Shown here: positions 1 through 12,727 of the stretch, piece after piece
How the letters are laid out: each line of letters begins with the position of its first letter
Numbering within the stretch: the stretch's first letter is position 1
NCBI GenBank assembly: GCA_951406725.2
Contig: OX597819.1
Location: 8,866,001-8,930,000, forward strand
Direction: 5' to 3'
Length of the DNA stretch: 64,000 bases
Source of the DNA: Octopus vulgaris
Taxonomy: Eukaryota
Notes under the pieces: model-generated
What the model saw: only the letters and a program-made list of their open reading frames with translations
Database searches by the model: none
Told to the model about the DNA's origin: nothing
Position numbers and translations under genes: made by a program

Positions 1-4
1 AGAC

Positions 5-69
<65 letters not shown>
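1..69. repeat. (AGAT)n microsatellite
   Basis: Direct tandem AGAT units. Confidence 0.98.
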
Positions 70-71
<2 letters not shown>

Positions 72-181
72 GTTCTGTCGTCGGATAAAATTCATTTTAA
101 GATTTGCAGACATGTTAGGCACATGACTAAGAACTGTTGTATTACACATAAACACACACACACTTATGTGCTTATATATAT

Positions 182-484
182 ATACAAATTAAGAAAATGG
201 AGAAACACATCTTAATCAATGATCAACTACCAGATAATACCCAATCACATAATTTATTAAACCCTGGTAGTTGATCATTGATTAAGATGTGTTTCTCCAT
301 ATTCTTATTTTGTATTATTAATTTGTGGTAAAACATTTTACTTTTGCCCATATAATACAGTAAATGAATTAATTGCATCGCAGTTCTTAACATTTATGCA
401 TTAAATTTGTTGGGTGCTTCACTAGCAGTATATTGGATATATGTTATCTCATGGAGGGTTGCACTTACAACCCCTATCTCAATT

Positions 485-486
<2 letters not shown>
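182..486 (+). mobile_element. Hairpin-plus-tail insert in (TA)n, probable truncated/inverted Penelope-like end
   Basis: ~52-bp inverted arms 182-233/264-315, then a unique tail ending AGGGTTG..CAACCCCT before (TA)n. Confidence 0.55.
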
Positions 487-530
<44 letters not shown>

Positions 531-854
531 TAAGATATATATGTGAGCGTGTGTGTGTGTGCATATGTATGTGTATATGTATATTATGTGTGTGCATATG
601 TTAAGAAAAACATCAAAAATTGCACGAAGCGTGACAGGGGAAAAAAACTACGCTTCGTAGGCGAAATGTGGAGTGATATCACAGTTCGGCGAAAAATCTG
701 TTGAGCAAAAGTTTTCGTGGCAAAAAACGCAACCAATCTGTTCGGTACGGACTGGGTTGAGTTGTCTAACTTATAGGACCTCCCCATAAGTCTTTTCTGT
801 AAAAAAAATAAGTGGCTCTCCCACCAGTGAAAAAAATTCAGCAGCTGAATTGAA

Positions 855-3607
855 GGAAAAATTTAAAAGCTTGTTTCCTGAAGAGCTGTCGTATAAATTA
901 GGTTTCGGTTCTAAAACTGAGGCCTGTTTTCAAATAAAGGAAAACGTCGTACCTGTATTCAAACCTAATAGAAAGGTATCATTTGCTGTGATAAAGCAGG
1001 GTTAGAATTAGACAGACTGGAGAAAATAGAAATTATTCAAAAAGTAGATTATTGGAAATGGGTAGCACCAACTATGTGTATTAAAAAAAAATCAAGGTGT
1101 GTACCGATTTTTTTACTGATTTGAACGACTGTTTAAATATGTGCCACTATCCACTGCCTACTCCAGAGGATATTTTTTCAAAATTAAATGGTGGGAAAAT
1201 ATTTTCGAAACCGGATCTGTCTGATGCGTATCTGCAAATTAAAGTAGACGAGGAATGCTCGAAGCTTCTAACAGTGAATACGCACAGAGGACTTTACAAA
1301 TATCATAGATTGCCATTTGGTCTGAAGGTCGCACCTGCAGTATTTCAACATATTATGGATGCGATGTTAGCGGACTGTCAATTTACAATTCCGTACCTCG
1401 ATGGTGTATTAATTAAAAGTGAATCTTGTGATCAGCACATCGAGCCTGTGAAGTGCGTTTTCAAAAAATAAGAAATTACGGTTTCACACTGAGTGAGGAG
1501 AAATGTAAATTCATTTTGCCTAAAATTAAATATTTGAGATAAATTACAGATAGAAATGGAAGACGACCTGACCTTTCGAGAGCAGACACAATTAAAAATA
1601 TGCCTCCCCCAACTGACATAGCGACATTACAATCTGCTCTTGACTTAGCGAACTATTATCAATATTATATACCAAACATTTATGAATTGAGAGCTCCATT
1701 AATAATTTGCTAAAGAAAGACGCCAAATGGAATTAGTCATTTCGATCCTGCAGAGGAGATTGTTGCAGCTTCTGATGCTTCTGGCGCTTCTGAATACGTC
1801 GTGGGAGCAGTTTTGCTACACAAATATGAAGGTGGTGGTTCATTCCACACGTGCTCTGATTGCAGCGGAGAAAAGCTAGTCAAATGCAGAAAGAAGCTCC
1901 AGCGATTATTTTTGACGTGAAGAAATTTCCCACGTTTTCGGCTTCAGACGGACCACCGGCCAGTACTATCAATTTTCGAATCGAAGAAAGGAATTCCTAC
2001 CCATTCAGCTAACAGATTACAACTCTGGGGTACAATATTTGTTTCTTTATTGCCCACAAGGGGCTAAACATAGAGGGGACAAACAAGAACAGACAAACGG
2101 ATTAAGTCGATTAATTATCTTCAGAATTTCCTTAATTGCGTAACTGGTACTTAATTTATCGACTCTGAAAGGATGAAAGGCAAAGTCGACCTCGGCGGAA
2201 TTTGAACTCAGAACGCAACGACAGACGCAATACCGCTAAGCATTTCGCCCGGTGTGCTAACGTTTCTGCCAGCTCGCCGCCTTGGTACAATATTGTTTAA
2301 TTACAAATTTAAGATTGGTACATTCCTTCTAAGAAAATTGACCATGCGGATTGTTTATCTTGATTAATTCCGAAGAATGCAAAACCGCTGGAAGATATGG
2401 TGAAAGCCACATTTCAATCAGAAAAGGAAATTAAAAACAAGATATTAAAAGTAAATCAGCGGAAGGCAACTACATCATAAAAATGAAGCAAAGCTTGAAA
2501 AATAACCAAAAGAGAAACACGAATGCGAACCATTTTTTTACTCTACGACGATGTATTAATGTACGCACAAAGAGTGGTAGTACCAACTGCACTATAGAAA
2601 CGAATATTACATGAAATTTATAGTGGACACCCGGGGATGACAAGAATGAAAGATTTGAGGAGGACTTACGTATACTGGCCGACAATAGACCGGGACATTG
2701 AAAATTTGATAAAATCATGTAGAGGTTGTGCGCTAGCAGCCAAGGCATCACCGGTGAAATAACAACCGTGGCATGAGACGGATAGTCCGTGGTTCAGGAT
2801 GCATATAGACTGCGCTAGACCAGTGAATGGTGCCTACTATTTGCTCATTGTTGATAGCTTTACCAAGTGTCCGGGCGTATGTAGGTGCATTCAACCTGCC
2901 TCTAAAGTTTCCCGCACGAACTTTTTGCTCGATACGGTGTGCCAGACACCATAGTATCGGGCATTGGAACACAATTTACAGGACACGAGTTCAAGAAATT
3001 TTGCAAAATGCATACAATCAAGCATATGCTTATCCCGTTCTACCACTCGAGGTCAAATGGGCAAGCAGAATGATTCGTAGATACTTTCAAACGAGAGCTA
3101 AAATAAGCAAGAAACGAGTTAGAAAATGGCAAAGCGCTAACTACATTCTTAAATGCACAGAATAACGCCCAATCCGAATACCAGTTCAGGCAAGTCGCTT
3201 GCAGAGCTAACGTTCGCTCGAGAGATTAAATCGATCTTCGACAAATCGTTGCCAAAGGAAAAAACGTATGAAGAAAACACAAACAATTCAACTAAACATT
3301 TTGATGTCGGAGACAAAGTCCATTTAAAGTATACAAGAACAGTAAAGAGAGTTGGCAGGATGGTGTAGTGACTAAAAGAATTAGAACCCTGATGTATTTA
3401 ATAAAAAACCAGCGATGGAAACATAAACGACACCTAAATCAATTAAAAATCAGACATTCAGAAGAAAGGAAGGAAATTCCAATGGAAGTGCTTTACGACA
3501 TGTTCGATGTGCCAGCATCGAAAGAGACTGAGCCTAGAAGAAGCAGTAACAGAAAACGTAAGCAGATTGAACCTTTAGAAATAATTCCTAAGCGGAAAAG
3601 CTACTGA
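855..3607 (+). mobile_element. Degenerate Ty3/Gypsy (Mag/K02A2.6-like) pol: RT, RNase H, integrase
   Basis: RT motifs DLSDAYLQ, YKYHRLPFGL, APAVFQ, YLDG (mutated YLDD); RNase H ASDAS..GAVL; integrase WPTIDRDIE..CRGC, PWFRMHID; many frameshifts and stops. Confidence 0.93.
2041..2283 (-). mobile_element. SINE family C (tRNA-like head, Meta/MESC-like core) inserted in Gypsy
   Basis: Shared GTCGACTTTGCCTTTCATCCTTTC..GTCGATAAATTAAGTACCAG core; TSD GGTACAATATT at 2029-2039/2284-2294. Confidence 0.9.
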
Positions 3608-3643
3608 ACTTCATAAGGAAGCAACATTTCAAAAAAGGAGAGG

Positions 3644-3959
3644 TGTTGGAAAGAAAGAGAAAAAATAAGATAAATTTCGTTTCCTACGGAAGTCGAAAGC
3701 TCAAAGGTGAGTTGTTGAAGCGAGAGTCACGATACCCCCTACTTGATCAAACGACTATAAATAGTGTGAGAGACCGGACAAAATAGGCGTTAATCGCAGG
3801 AAGTTGTAAGGTGTCGCTTTGGTAGTTTGACGGAATATCGTTTGTTGGTTCGTGGAGAGTTTGTACATTGTTATGTTGTAACCTTGCTTCGTAATGTTTT
3901 ATTGTTACTATACGGTCATGGTGTAAATAAGTATCGTCATGACAATTAGCGATACAACA
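3644..3959 (+). mobile_element. 3' LTR of the Gypsy element
   Basis: Polypurine tract AAAAAAGGAGAGG immediately before TGTTG; ends CAACA (5-bp terminal inverted repeat). Confidence 0.7.
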
Positions 3960-4164
3960 CATACATACATACATGCACACACACGAAACAAATGAAACGT
4001 TACCTTCATCTGTTTCCTGCTGGAGGTTCCTGCATTTTAGACTTTTTTTGGAATATGAAAACTGCTGTGCCATCATATGAAAGCAATAGTAAGGTGAAAT
4101 AATGTAGAGACGGTGCGTAAATGTATATAATCCATTATATCTGTTTATCATATAGACAAGCACA

Positions 4165-4169
4165 CACAC

Positions 4170-4210
<41 letters not shown>

Positions 4211-4484
4211 TAGGTCGATAGATAGATAGATTGAGAGAGAGAGAGCGATATGCATGTATGAATGCATACATACATCCATACATGCATATATACGTATATG
4301 TATACGCACACACATATGAATGCTCCTTATATGCATATATCTTATACGTAAACGTGAATATAAATGCATATATATGAATATACGTACACGAGCATATACA
4401 CTCACATATGGTGTATGTGATATATATATATATATATATACATATATGTATGTATGCATATATGTATGTATTTATGTTTGTATG

Positions 4485-4565
<81 letters not shown>
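4165..4565. repeat. Compound (CA)n/(GATA)n/(TA)n microsatellite block
   Basis: Simple repeats. Confidence 0.95.
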
Positions 4566-4566
<1 letters not shown>

Positions 4567-4569
4567 CTT

Positions 4570-4935
4570 ACATCGGTTTCGGCCATTATCGGCCCAGGCC
4601 ATGGCTAGCTCAATAGCACCACTTGGAAAAGTCTTTTATTTAATTATTTCAGGATACCATGGACCACTCAAGCAGAGAGTTGGTGGTGGTTGAGACATAT
4701 CCAGGTTTATCCGTTATTCCCTGGAAGAATTTGTTTAGGTACTGTTTGAAAGTTGTGGGGCTTTTTCTATTTTAATTTCTTTTGGAATAACATTGAAAGT
4801 TGCAGGACCATTTGCAGTGAAGAAATTGTGTCGCAATGTTCTTATGTGATGTGATGGTGACCTTTGTAGGGGACGCATTGCACGGGGCCTAGTCTTGGGT
4901 GAATTGTAAACATAATTCCAATATCATTTTGGTTA
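4570..4935 (-). mobile_element. 3' end of CR1/L2-like LINE
   Basis: Minus strand reads LRHNFFTANGPATFNVIPKEIK..FKQYLNKFFQGITDKP, a typical post-RT C-terminus; 3' stem-loop tail ending GAAAC. Confidence 0.7.
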
Positions 4936-5656
4936 ACAAATTGTTTGTTAACCCAAGGAGTATGACTTATATTTTTGACTGCTACAATTATCTTTTCTTT
5001 GTTTTGCAATTCTTAGAAAGATTTCTTTATTATATAATGTATTAATTCTTCTCACAGCAGACGTTGTGGTGTAGTTGGTTATTACATATATTGTTTTTGT
5101 TGCACGATTTATAAGGATTATGGTTCCACTTCTTTTCGTCATTTTTGGTGCAGCTTCATGACCCCATCTTTCCGAGTCGTAAACTGGTGTAATTGGCTTT
5201 TTCAGTTTTCCACAGAATTAAAGTTCTTCCCATTGAGAGAATTTGTAAGAGATGAAAAATGATAATCCGATTATGCAAGATCAGGTGATTACGATGGTTT
5301 TAGTAGGACATCCCAGCTAAACTGTGCTAATTTCTGTTGGGTGTGCAAAGAAAAACGAGGGCTAGCGTTTTCCTGAAGACGACTCCTCTCAACAGGCCAA
5401 TTCCGGACATTCTTCATCGATTGCCTCCTTTAATCGATCTCATTGGAAATAATAATTGTCTAAGTTCAACATCTGATTTTAAGAAAGGAACTCGTAACAA
5501 AAAGCCATTCTAATTTCACCAGATGCAGAGCATCCCCTTCTTCGAATATCAAGTGGATTTTAGAGCGAGTAAAGTTGTGTCATTTCCTTTTCTCCAGAAC
5601 CGTTTTGCTCCACATTGTCGTTTCCCCACACGCGATCGTTATTTTCTAAAACGAAT

Positions 5657-5834
5657 AGGCGCAGGAGTGGCTGTGTGGTAAGTAGCTTGCTAACCAACCA
5701 CATGGTTCCGAGTTCAGTCCCATTGCGTGACACCTTGGGCAAGTGTCTTCTACTATAGCCTCGGGCCGACCAAAGCCTTGTGAGTAGATTTGGTAGACGG
5801 AAACTGAAAGAAGTCCGTCGTATATACGTATATG

Positions 5835-5886
<52 letters not shown>

Positions 5887-6100
5887 TGTGTCTGTGTTTG
5901 TCCTCCTAGCATTGCTTGACAACCGATGCTGGTGTGTTTATGTCCCCGTCACTTAGCGGTTCGGCAAAAGACCGACCGATAAAATAAGTACTGGGCTTAC
6001 AAAGAATAAGTACCGGGGTCGAGTTGCTCGACTAAAGGCGGTGCTCCAGCATGGCCGCAGTCAACTGACTGAAACAAGTAAAGAGAGAAAGAGAGAAAGA
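5657..6100 (+). mobile_element. SINE family B (tRNA-derived, CORE-like, internal microsatellite, LINE-like tail)
   Basis: A/B-box-like TGGCTGTGTGG / GAGTTCAGTCCC; CCTTGGGCAAGT CORE-like motif; tail GGTGCTCCAGCATGGCCGCAGTC..GACTGAAACAAGTAAAAGAG; >10 copies in window. Confidence 0.92.
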
Positions 6101-6453
6101 TTATATTGCATTTCAGCTGAGAATTGCAGAAGGAAGTTCTGTCTATTTAATTTTTTCGTTAAATCACGAGACATCATAACGTATTGCGAAATCCAAGTGT
6201 TTTTAAAAGACTCCTAACGCTTATATGTAATATGTGGAATATCTCTGTGATGTCTCGCATCGTGTGACCTGGATTATTTTTAATCAGCGTTTTCATTTGG
6301 TCATCATCAACGACTGTGGATCTGCCGAAATGCTCACTATCTCCTAAATGGCACTTTTCACTCCTAAACCGAACAGAAGATTTACGAACAGTCCTCTCAA
6401 CTATGACTCCGTCTCTTTAAAATGCACGTCTTTTATGTTCTTTGTACAGCGTT

Positions 6454-6838
6454 GGTGGAGGCGCAATGGCCCAGTGGTTAGGGCAGCGGACTCGCGGTAA
6501 TAGGATCGCGGTTTCGATTCCCAGACCGGGCGTTGTGAGTGTTTATTAGCGAAAACAACTAAAGCTCCACGAGGCTCCGGCAGGGGGGGGTGATCCCTAC
6601 TGTACTCTTTCACCACAACTTTCTTTCACTCTTACTTCCTGTTTCTGTTGTACCTGTATTTCAAAGGGCCGGCCTTGTCACTCTCTGTGTCACGCTGAAT
6701 ATCCCCGAGAACTACGTTAAGGGTACACGCGTCTGTGGAGTGCTCAGCCACTTACACGTTAATTTCACGTGCAGGCTGTTCCGTTGATTCGGATCAACCG
6801 GAACCCTCATCGTCGTAACCGACGGAGTGCTTCCATCC
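6454..6838 (+). mobile_element. SINE family A (tRNA-derived)
   Basis: GGAGGCGCAATGGCCCAGTGGTTAGGGC..GGTTTCGATTCC head, ends GACGGAGTGCTTCC; TSD ACAGCGTT. Confidence 0.95.
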
Positions 6839-7126
6839 ACAGCGTTATGAAAGAGCATCATGGGACAAAAATGTATCATTAGGGTAATTCTAAAATTAGA
6901 ATATGTATAGACCACTCAGCGGGATTCTACGCAGTTTCCATACACTTCATTTCACGCAGAAATCTTGAGTCGATGCTACAATGTAGTAAAAGATATCACC
7001 ATAAGATCTCCCACTGTAGTATCGAATCCAGTTTCCTGTTTTTGCCAAACGAATTCTTTAAGATATTGACCGTACTTGCGTCTATTCTTGCTTACATGCA
7101 TGCATTCATATATATATATATATATA

Positions 7127-7181
<55 letters not shown>

Positions 7182-7224
7182 ATATGTATATGCAAAGAAT
7201 GGAGGAACTCTTGAGAGTCAACGG

Positions 7225-7335
7225 TCATAATGCTCGGCCACATATAGCGAAGTTCATATTCCAAGGGTTGGAGCAGTTTGAAAGGGAAACGATGCCCCAC
7301 CCACCAAATTCGCCGGACACAGCTCCTACTTCTCT
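7225..7335 (+). mobile_element. Short mariner catalytic-domain fragment
   Basis: HNARPHIAK..LEQFERETMPHPPNSPDTAPT. Confidence 0.75.
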
Positions 7336-7470
7336 TCACTCCTACTTCTCTTCACTGCTACTTCTCTTCGCCTCTACTCTCTTTCCCTCTTCTCTCTTAC
7401 TCTCTTTCTCCTCTCTTATTCTCTTTCTCTTCTCTCCTACTCTTTCACCCTCTCTTTCTCTCTTCTCTCT

Positions 7471-7510
<40 letters not shown>
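7330..7510. repeat. CT-rich / (CT)n tract
   Basis: Low complexity. Confidence 0.9.
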
Positions 7511-7512
<2 letters not shown>

Positions 7513-7899
7513 TTAAATAAAACTAGAAATGAAACTATTTACCACAATTAATAAAGGAAGAATACTTATCTTTCTTTAACCTGTGCAAATGGCTGCACCT
7601 TCTGTCCTGCGCTAAGTATTATGGAAATAAAAAACTACTCTAAAAAAATTCTTTAAGACTAATATCATTTGAGAGGTTGAATTCAAGGGGAGATAATAAG
7701 ATACTCTTATCATTAGGTATAATTGGATTTTTTCTAGCATTAAAGATTTATTTTATTTAATATGTGTAATCGTTTTTAAGGTAATATTCTTTACATTTAT
7801 TCTTGGTTTTAGGTATATCCGTATCTAATACTATTATATTGTTCTATTAAAACATTTAACTGTTTAAGATTACATACTTTTCATATATTTTTCATTTTA

Positions 7900-8570
7900 T
7901 TATACGTAAAGCTATTTTTGTGTCAGCATTTTATCCTCCCCCTGTTCAGTAATTCTTCTTTCTACTGGAGTATTTACATAAACTCAGTAACAAGCACATT
8001 TTATTACCTATTCTATATGACTTCACTCTACTAATGATATTCCAATTCAGGATGTATTCTATATTTTCAGATTTCAATTCCCATATATATTTACTTAGAC
8101 CTATCGAATTACTTAATTTGGGATTTTTAAAGGATTGACAATGCTGGGAAATTCTTCTTTTAATTTCATTCGCTGTGGATCCTATATATTTCTTTTCTTA
8201 TTATTATTAGAGGTTACTGTACATTTATAAATTACATTATCTAGGTTGCAATTATTTTTAAGCTTACAGTTTGATTTATCTTTACAAGTGCATGTATTTA
8301 GTATAAGGCTATGTTTTTTTGCTTGTTATATTTCTTCCGTAGCTATTATTAATATTAGTTAAATTGTTATTATAGAATTTATTTAACTTGTCGTTGTTTA
8401 TAGAGGATATAATATTACTGACGTTTCTTGTTGTCGAATATCCCACTCTGATAGTTTTTTTGGGGTTTTTTTGAGAATATTTTCGAATACTCTTTATTCC
8501 TTTTAATTATCTTCAGAATTTCCTTAATTTAGTTAGTTATGATTATTTGGACCCCATAAGGGATTATTAT
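7900..8570 (-). mobile_element. Penelope-like element remnant (linker plus GIY-YIG endonuclease)
   Basis: Minus strand YSKIF..KTIRVGYSTTRNVSNIISS..NCNLDNVIYKCTV..KYIGSTANEIKRRISQHCQSF..LSKYIWELK..LNWNII..Y..CLL. Confidence 0.85.
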
Positions 8571-8605
8571 TATTAGAAAATATAAAGAAAAATCTTTGTT
8601 GTATG

Positions 8606-8691
<86 letters not shown>

Positions 8692-8764
8692 GTGAATGGA
8701 AGAAATGGAGTTGAACGAAGATTGAACAGAATTCCTTTTAACAAGAAAATTCATCTTTCCATTT

Positions 8765-8827
<63 letters not shown>

Positions 8828-8832
8828 CTATA

Positions 8833-10089
8833 CAGGGTGTGTACGATATTTGAGGACAGATTTATGTTTATAAAAAAAGCAAAGATATAATATCAGATAA
8901 CAACTTTATTTATCAAAGTATGCTATGAGGATAAAAGATAAACCTATTCTATAATGTTATTCAATAAAGCCACCTTCAGCTTCAACAACTGCTTCTATAT
9001 GAGATCTAAATCATCTACATACTCGAATCAAGTGGTCCTGGTACATTTTGGACATTACTCTGACTATAACAGCTATCAAAGAATCTTTGGTGTTACGAGC
9101 TTGTTCATTGATCCCTCTCTCAACAACGCTCCACTTGTAATAATCTAATGGATTGAGATCTGGGAAATTTGGAGGCCAAATGTTAGGGGTCATATGATCA
9201 TGAAAATTTTCAGCCATCCATTCTTGTGTTACTAGAACCATGTGTGATAGTGCAGAATCATACTGAACACAGATGGCCTTCCACTGCATACACTGTCTAT
9301 CCAGGGCTTAGCAATTATTTCCAGGACCTCAATGTAGGCAGCAGAGTTAACTCTAAGGCCTTGTAGAAAGAAGTAAGGAGGCATCACATGTCCTTCATTG
9401 TTGACAACTCCTAAAACCATGACAGTTGCAGGAAATTTTGTATGCATAAAACTTGGAACTTCAGAAGGGTCTGCACATAACCATTTGTCATTTCTTCTGT
9501 TAAATATTTGATCTTGGTCGAAGTTTTTCTCGTTTGAGAAAAACAAAATCAAATATGCTGGATTTTTCAGTTTGTTTAAGAGCCTTTTAGATCTGATGTA
9601 GTGATTTTCTTTTGCTTTTTCTGACAAATTGATCTTTCCTCAATATATAAGACGTATATCTGGGGTTTTTGTGGACAACATTTCTGACTGTTCCTTCTGA
9701 CACATGGAGATCATTTGCAATTGACCTCATGGACTTTCTGTAATTGTAATCAATGGTCTGTTGGACTTGTTGGATAAATTTGGGTGTTCTGATGATTCAA
9801 GAGCATTTAGAATGCTTTTTATGCTTTGATACTGATGATACATTTCCATCTTCAATCTCTAACTCCTTACAAACTTTGTAGACGAAAGATCTGGCAACTT
9901 TTAAACATCGAGATATTTCTAAATCGCTATGCTCAACCTTTATAACCACAATAACAGCATGCCTCTTTATTTCTTGAGTGAGCTAAGGGTCAGCCATTAT
10001 TATTTTCTGAAAGAAAGATTATACAAAGTTAGCAAAAAATGCAGCAATGACCCAAAAAATGTATGTCCTCAAATACCTTACGCACCCTG
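8833..10089 (-). mobile_element. Full-length degenerate Tc1/mariner DD37D (maT) transposon
   Basis: 26-bp TIRs CAGGGTG(T/C)GTA..TATTTGAGGACA; TA left flank (CA right); FFSNEKNF, YDSA..H, WPPNFPDLNPLDY with 37 residues between 2nd and 3rd D; ATG at 9997; stops and frameshifts. Confidence 0.92.
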
Positions 10090-10589
10090 CATATAGTCAC
10101 ACACACACATATATGCACACGCACACATACACACGTATATACACACATACACACACAGACACACACCTCGCAGACACAACCTAGATGCCTCTGTATGACC
10201 ACTTCACCTGCTAAAAGTCGCAGTTAAACATCATTTAAATCATACTCTACTCTCATAGCAAGGCACGTGTTGCATAATGCAAATGTTATCCAACACAGAT
10301 ACTTTGTGTTTAAATGAAAAATGATGATCTTGCTTGGAATGCTTTTGTTCGATACTAAAATACTACTATTACTTCACATATACACATACATACACAATGG
10401 CACACATTCAAATGCGCATGCACACATACTCGCACTTCTCATATTGATTGACCGTCTGTACAAGATGACATCATCAGATAAGTCTAGTCTGCCTAGTGCT
10501 GCAGTGAAGTATTTACAACGAACATTTTAGAAAGCTATGATGAAATATTTAGCCATATGTCAGTCATTTTATTTCTTTATCCACTGCAT

Positions 10590-10996
10590 GGAAGCACTCC
10601 GTCGGTTACGACGATGAGGGTTCCGGTTGATCCGACCAACGGAACAGCCTGCTCGTGAAATTAACGTGTAAGTGGCTGAGCACTCCACAGACACGTGCAC
10701 CCTTAACGTAGTTCTCGGGGATATTCAGCGTGACACAGAGAGTGACAAGGCCGGCCCTTTGAAGTACAGGTACAACAGAAACAGGAAGAAAGAGTGAGAG
10801 AAAGTTGTGGTGAAAGAGTACAGCAGGGATCACCACCATGCCATGCCGGAGCCTCGTGGAGCTTTTTAGGTGTTTTCGCTCAATAAACACTCACAACGCC
10901 CGGTCTGGGAATCGAAACCGCGATCCTACGACCGCGAGTCCGCTGCCCTAACCACTGGGCCATTGCGCCTCCTTACCACTGGGCCATTGCGCCTCC
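10590..10996 (-). mobile_element. SINE family A with duplicated 5' end
   Basis: Family A sequence; TSD TTATCCACTGCAT. Confidence 0.95.
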
Positions 10997-12250
10997 TTAT
11001 CCACTGCATAGTTTCTATGTGATAGCTGAAGATATAGTCAATCAGCGTTTGATTCTAATCATCTTAAATTTAATCCATCTGGATAGACCTGAATCCTATA
11101 AAAACATAAAATGGATTTTGAGGAATCGTTAGAGCATCGGAAACTTAAATTTTACCGTATCGCGGCAGGATCATTTTTCATAGTCTAAATTCAAATCTCC
11201 CTCGGTTCAATAAAATACGAAAAGCGTTGGTTATATCATTTGTTCAGTTATTAACAGTTTACGAACAATGTATAATAACTACGGATGTTTTCGGGCACCG
11301 CATTGGAAAGGCTGTACCCATTGGCATAATTGCTGTAAATACAAAACAATATAGACTAATAATGTCTCATTCATTATCTCATGTCTGACAACAGATAAAC
11401 AGTAATTGAATGATAATCACAAATATAATTCCCCAATCATTCTTGTTTCACATGCCCCACGACCGCTGTTTTCCTGTATTACTTCTCCATTTCCTTACAT
11501 TTCATGTTCAAAGTGGATAGGACATGGTTTCCATGCGTACAGTGGAAATAAAGCTCTAACGAAATGGACTATATATACATAGGTATATAGTAACGTATAT
11601 GTATGTATGTGTAAATAAATAAGTATTTGTACGTATTAGTTGATGCATGTATTGTAAAGGGTAAGAGGCTTCACGCGAGTAAATGCATATTTTAAAAAAA
11701 GAACTAACAGAAGAAAATATTTGGAGAACTTTATGATGGAAAAATTGTACGAAAGGATTTGCATTTGTAACTAAATTTGCTATCGGTTTCAATCACTTTA
11801 ACCAGCTGATATAATTGGGCTGAAATAAAAGGGAAAATGAATTTAAATATATTAAATTATATTGATCATTCGTAATATCATTTCCAGAAATTCACATATT
11901 GTTCTTCAAATAAGTCACATGGTGCAGGTGGTTCGCTTCCTTTTCAACAGAGGCCGCAGTAGTAGACGTCGTAGCTTCTAACAGTTCTATCTGTTGCCTT
12001 TTTTCATTTCTATTATAGCCATGAATAAATAGCCCTTTTAAAGTTATTGAAGCAGGTAGGTTATTTAGATTAAAATATAGATACGTTCTTTTTTCCATGA
12101 TAAATTTCACAAAACATTTTCTTTTCATTCTTGTAATATATGTATGTATGGATGTGTGTGAGAATATGTGTGTAAGTATATGTTTGTATGTGTGTGTGCA
12201 CATGTATAAGTATTTAACTAAATGATATATATGAAATATGTATAATATAT

Positions 12251-12326
<76 letters not shown>

Positions 12327-12330
<4 letters not shown>

Positions 12331-12510
12331 GGAAGGTTTACGAAAATAAACAAAAGACGAAGGCAGGTAGAGTACAAACAAACAATTGTATTAGTATGGC
12401 GCTCAGGAATAGAAATAAAACAAGTCTTTTACGTTTCGAGCCTACGCTCTTCGACAGAAAGATACACAGAAAAGAAACAAGGAGAGAAACAAGGAGAGAA
12501 AAAAAATTCG
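12327..12510 (-). mobile_element. Penelope-like terminal fragment with minimal hammerhead
   Basis: Abuts (TA)n; contains hammerhead-like fold at 12425-12462. Confidence 0.6.
12425..12462 (-). ncRNA. Minimal type I hammerhead-like motif (variant core CUGUCGA)
   Basis: TCTTT-CTGTCGA-A-GAGC-GTAG-GCTC-GAAAC-GTA-AAAGA. Confidence 0.6.
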
Positions 12511-12514
12511 TGTA

Positions 12515-12667
12515 GGAGCTTGATAAGTAGCTTGCTTACTAACCACATGGTTCCGGGTTCAGTCCCACAGCGTGGCACCTTGGGCAAATGTCTTCTACTA
12601 TAGCCTCGGGCCGACCAAAGCCTTGTGAGTGGATTTGGTAGACGGAAACTGAAAGAAGTCCGTCGTA
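12515..12667 (+). mobile_element. SINE family B, 5' half
   Basis: Matches family B up to the internal (TA)n. Confidence 0.88.

Positions 12668-12727
<60 letters not shown>

Larger units (their letters stand above)
5110..6885 (-). mobile_element. Decayed mariner transposase interrupted by two SINEs
   Basis: Minus-strand pieces HFCPMMLF, ERTVRK..RFRS..GRSTVVDDDQMKTLIKNNP, MLCIW, QENASP..TQQKLAQFSWDVL..SPDLA.SDYH, DGVMKL. Confidence 0.85.

Noticed and set aside
6457-6530. tRNA-like sequences at SINE heads
   Set aside because: No complete cloverleaf; they continue into SINE bodies bounded by TSDs
8410-8445. GAAACGTC hammerhead-like half on minus strand
   Set aside because: Lies within Penelope coding sequence (STTRNV) and lacks CUGANGA
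11900-12000. Cys-containing peptide DVYYCGLC resembling a piggyBac C-terminus
   Set aside because: Too short, contains a stop, and has no other transposase motifs
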